Below, piece by piece: positions 61,578 through 64,000 of a stretch of 64,000 bases of DNA; position 1 is the stretch's first letter, and each line of letters opens with the position of its first letter. The stretch covers positions 65,038,001 through 65,102,000 of the forward strand of contig NC_073381.1 of NCBI RefSeq assembly GCF_028641065.1, given 5' to 3'. The notes under the pieces are model-generated. The model was not told the origin of the DNA and did no database searches. It saw nothing but the letters and a program-made list of their open reading frames with translations. The translations under genes and the position numbers were made by a program. The stretch comes from Leucoraja erinacea. Taxonomy: Eukaryota.

Positions 61578-62354
61578 ATCAGCTGGTATAAAATGCCTTT
61601 AAAAAAGCTAATACAGTTTTTTGAAGATCAAGCTGTTTCTCTCTCCAGAAGCAATTATACCATGACTAATGTTAAAATTGAGAAGCAAATCTTTTCTTTT
61701 TCTCCCAGAGGCTCCCGAACGTGTGGAATTCTCTGCTACAGAAAGTAGTTGCAGATAAATCATTAAATACATTCAAAAAGGAGTTAGATGCTATTCTCTG
61801 TGCTGGAGGGATCAAGAGATTGAAGGAGAAAGTTGGAACAGGCTGCATAATTTGGATGATCCTATTGACAGTGGAGCAGCTTCAAAGGACCAAATAGCCT
61901 ATTCCTAGTCCTAATTTCAAAGATTCCATGCAATAAAAAGTCAAATTACTTTTAAGCATCTTCATTTATCTTATTTGCAACTCTTTTGTAATTTCTCCAA
62001 TTTCATCTTGTAATGCAGCTAAAGCATTTATAATTATCCTAAATTATCCTCATAATTTTGTCGTATATTTTTTCAATTACACATCTGTATTTTGGCCATG
62101 GTTCATTGATGTAAGATATATGTCAATGGTGGGCCTATGTCAATTCTTCCGAGCATGATTCTGGCTCTGTGATGTGTATATAATGTAAAATAAATAATAA
62201 AGTATTTGGTATTTCAGTAGCCAACTTTTGTCTGCTATAATTTATATCAGGCAGGACATCCTGTGCGTGCCCAAATTATATGCACAGCTTCACGGTAAAA
62301 ACTCAGCCGTGCAATATTTGGGCAATATTTATAGTGACTAAGCTTACTTAATTT

Positions 62355-62356
<2 letters not shown>

Positions 62357-62420
<64 letters not shown>

Positions 62421-63270
62421 TATTTTATTGTCATTGCACATAAGTGCAACGAGATTTGGTATGCAGCTTCCATCCGATGTCATAACTTAAATAACCAATA
62501 AACTTTAGATTTAGATACCCCGAGAACATGGTTTGTAAAAAGAACATTAAAACAGTAAAACAGTCAAAACACACTAAAGTGCAGATGTGTCTGTGCGACG
62601 TGACCATCCGAGGGAGACAGTCCATGGGGGTGGGGGGCACTCAGCAGGGCCGGTTCAGAGCCGCTATAGCTCTGGGAATGAAGCTGTTCCTGAGTCTGGA
62701 GGTGCGGGCGTAGAAGGCCTTGTTACGTCTACCGAAGGGAAGTAGTTTGAACAGTCCATTACAAGGGTGTGAGGAGTCTTTGTGGATGCTGACGGCCTTC
62801 CTGAGGCACCTTGCGTGGTAGATGCCCTCCAAGGCTGGTAGCGGTGTCCCAATAATCTTCTGCGCTCTGTGGACGACGCGCTGAAGAGCTTTCCTCTCCG
62901 CCTCCATGCAGCTGAGATACCACACAGAGATGCCACACAGAGATGCCATCGTATGCTCTCTGTGGTGCAGCGGTAGAAGGTTGTCAGCAGCTGTTGGGGC
63001 AGACCAGTCTTTTTTAATGGTCTCAGGAAGAACAGTCATTGCTGTGCCTTCTTGACCAGCGCAGTGGTTGAGAGAGTGTGTTGGTGGACCATGTGAGGTC
63101 CTCTGAGATGTGAGTGCCCAGAAACTTAAAGCTGGACACTCTCTCCACACTGTCCCCGTAGATGGAGATTGGGGCGTATTTCCCATTATGTGACCTCCTG
63201 AAGTCGATAATCAGCTCCTTGGTCTTGGAGGTGTTTAGTGACAAGTTGTTACATGAGCACCAGTCCGCCA
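62357..63270 (-). mobile_element. 5'-truncated Rex/Babar-type LINE with long (TTA)n tail (62357-62420)
   Basis: LNTSKTKELIIDFRR, VSSFKFLG, ALQRVV, HPCNGLFKLLP, RLRNSFIPRAI. Confidence 0.88.
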
Positions 63271-63809
63271 GGAATTTAAAGCTAGGAATTATTACAATGA
63301 TGTTACCAATGATGCAGGATTTCTGAAAAGTGTTTCGATTACCCCAAACATGTCAATTTTATGAAATAAAGTTTCTAATTTTATATAGAACCATATCATG
63401 GTTTGTAATAAAAAATGAAAATCTGCTGGAAATATTCAGCAGAGTTAACGTTCCAACATTAAGTCTGTGGCCAGATATATTAGTTCTACTGAGAATTGTA
63501 CCAAATCCTGATACTAAGCAGAAAACATAACCCTCGAGATTCATGCTCCTGACTGTAAAAACACAATATCTATTCATCTAATTATCATGTCTTCTAAAAC
63601 TAGGACATTCCATTTTGTTCTTCCAACTTAATTGTTCCTGTATCATGCAGCTATGATCAATTTCCTCATCATCCCAAGAGTTACTGCTCTCATCCACACT
63701 AGCTGGATGTAAAGGCTGCAGTTTCTCCACTTTAGGATCCCTATCCATGACTTACTTGTAATCACACCTTCCAAGCCTCCCTGGAATGATCGATCGGTAA
63801 TAATTGGTA

Positions 63810-64000
63810 ATAATTTTCCAATGTTCTATAGATTCCGGTTCAGTTACTGTGGATTGGAGGGTAGCTAATGTTATCCCACTTTTCAAGAAAGGAACGAGAA
63901 AGAAAATGGGGAATTATAGACCAGTTAGCCTGATATCGGTGGTGGGGAAGATGATGGAGTCAATTATTAAAGAAGTAATAACGGCACATTTGGATAGCAG
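63810..64000 (+). mobile_element. CR1 ORF2 fragment running off the window end
   Basis: DWRVANVIPLFKKG…GNYRPVSL. Confidence 0.85.

Overview
Vertebrate genomic DNA, most likely from a cartilaginous fish (skate or ray). This is inferred from HE1/V-SINE-like SINEs, shark/skate-type CR1 LINEs and Penelope-type terminal repeats. I could not recognise a host protein-coding gene; the window looks like repeat-dense intergenic or intronic sequence with many nested insertions. Main contents: (1) a decayed, internally deleted epsilon/gamma-like endogenous retrovirus on the - strand (LTR, tRNA-Ser-like PBS, gag, YVDD RT, RNase H; 1.8-7.5 kb), carrying a Rex/Babar LINE and a TIR element and cut off by a DIRS element; (2) a deleted Gypsy element with both LTRs; (3) one essentially full-length CR1 and many truncated CR1, Rex/Babar, RTE and Vingi-like fragments; (4) Tc1- and Harbinger-type non-autonomous DNA transposons; (5) many Penelope-derived repeats with minimal hammerhead ribozyme motifs; (6) a perfect 76-bp inverted repeat; (7) four GC-rich non-coding retroposons that share RNA hairpins but end in four different LINE-type tails. 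Family assignments rest on motif recognition only, with no database search, and many boundaries are approximate.
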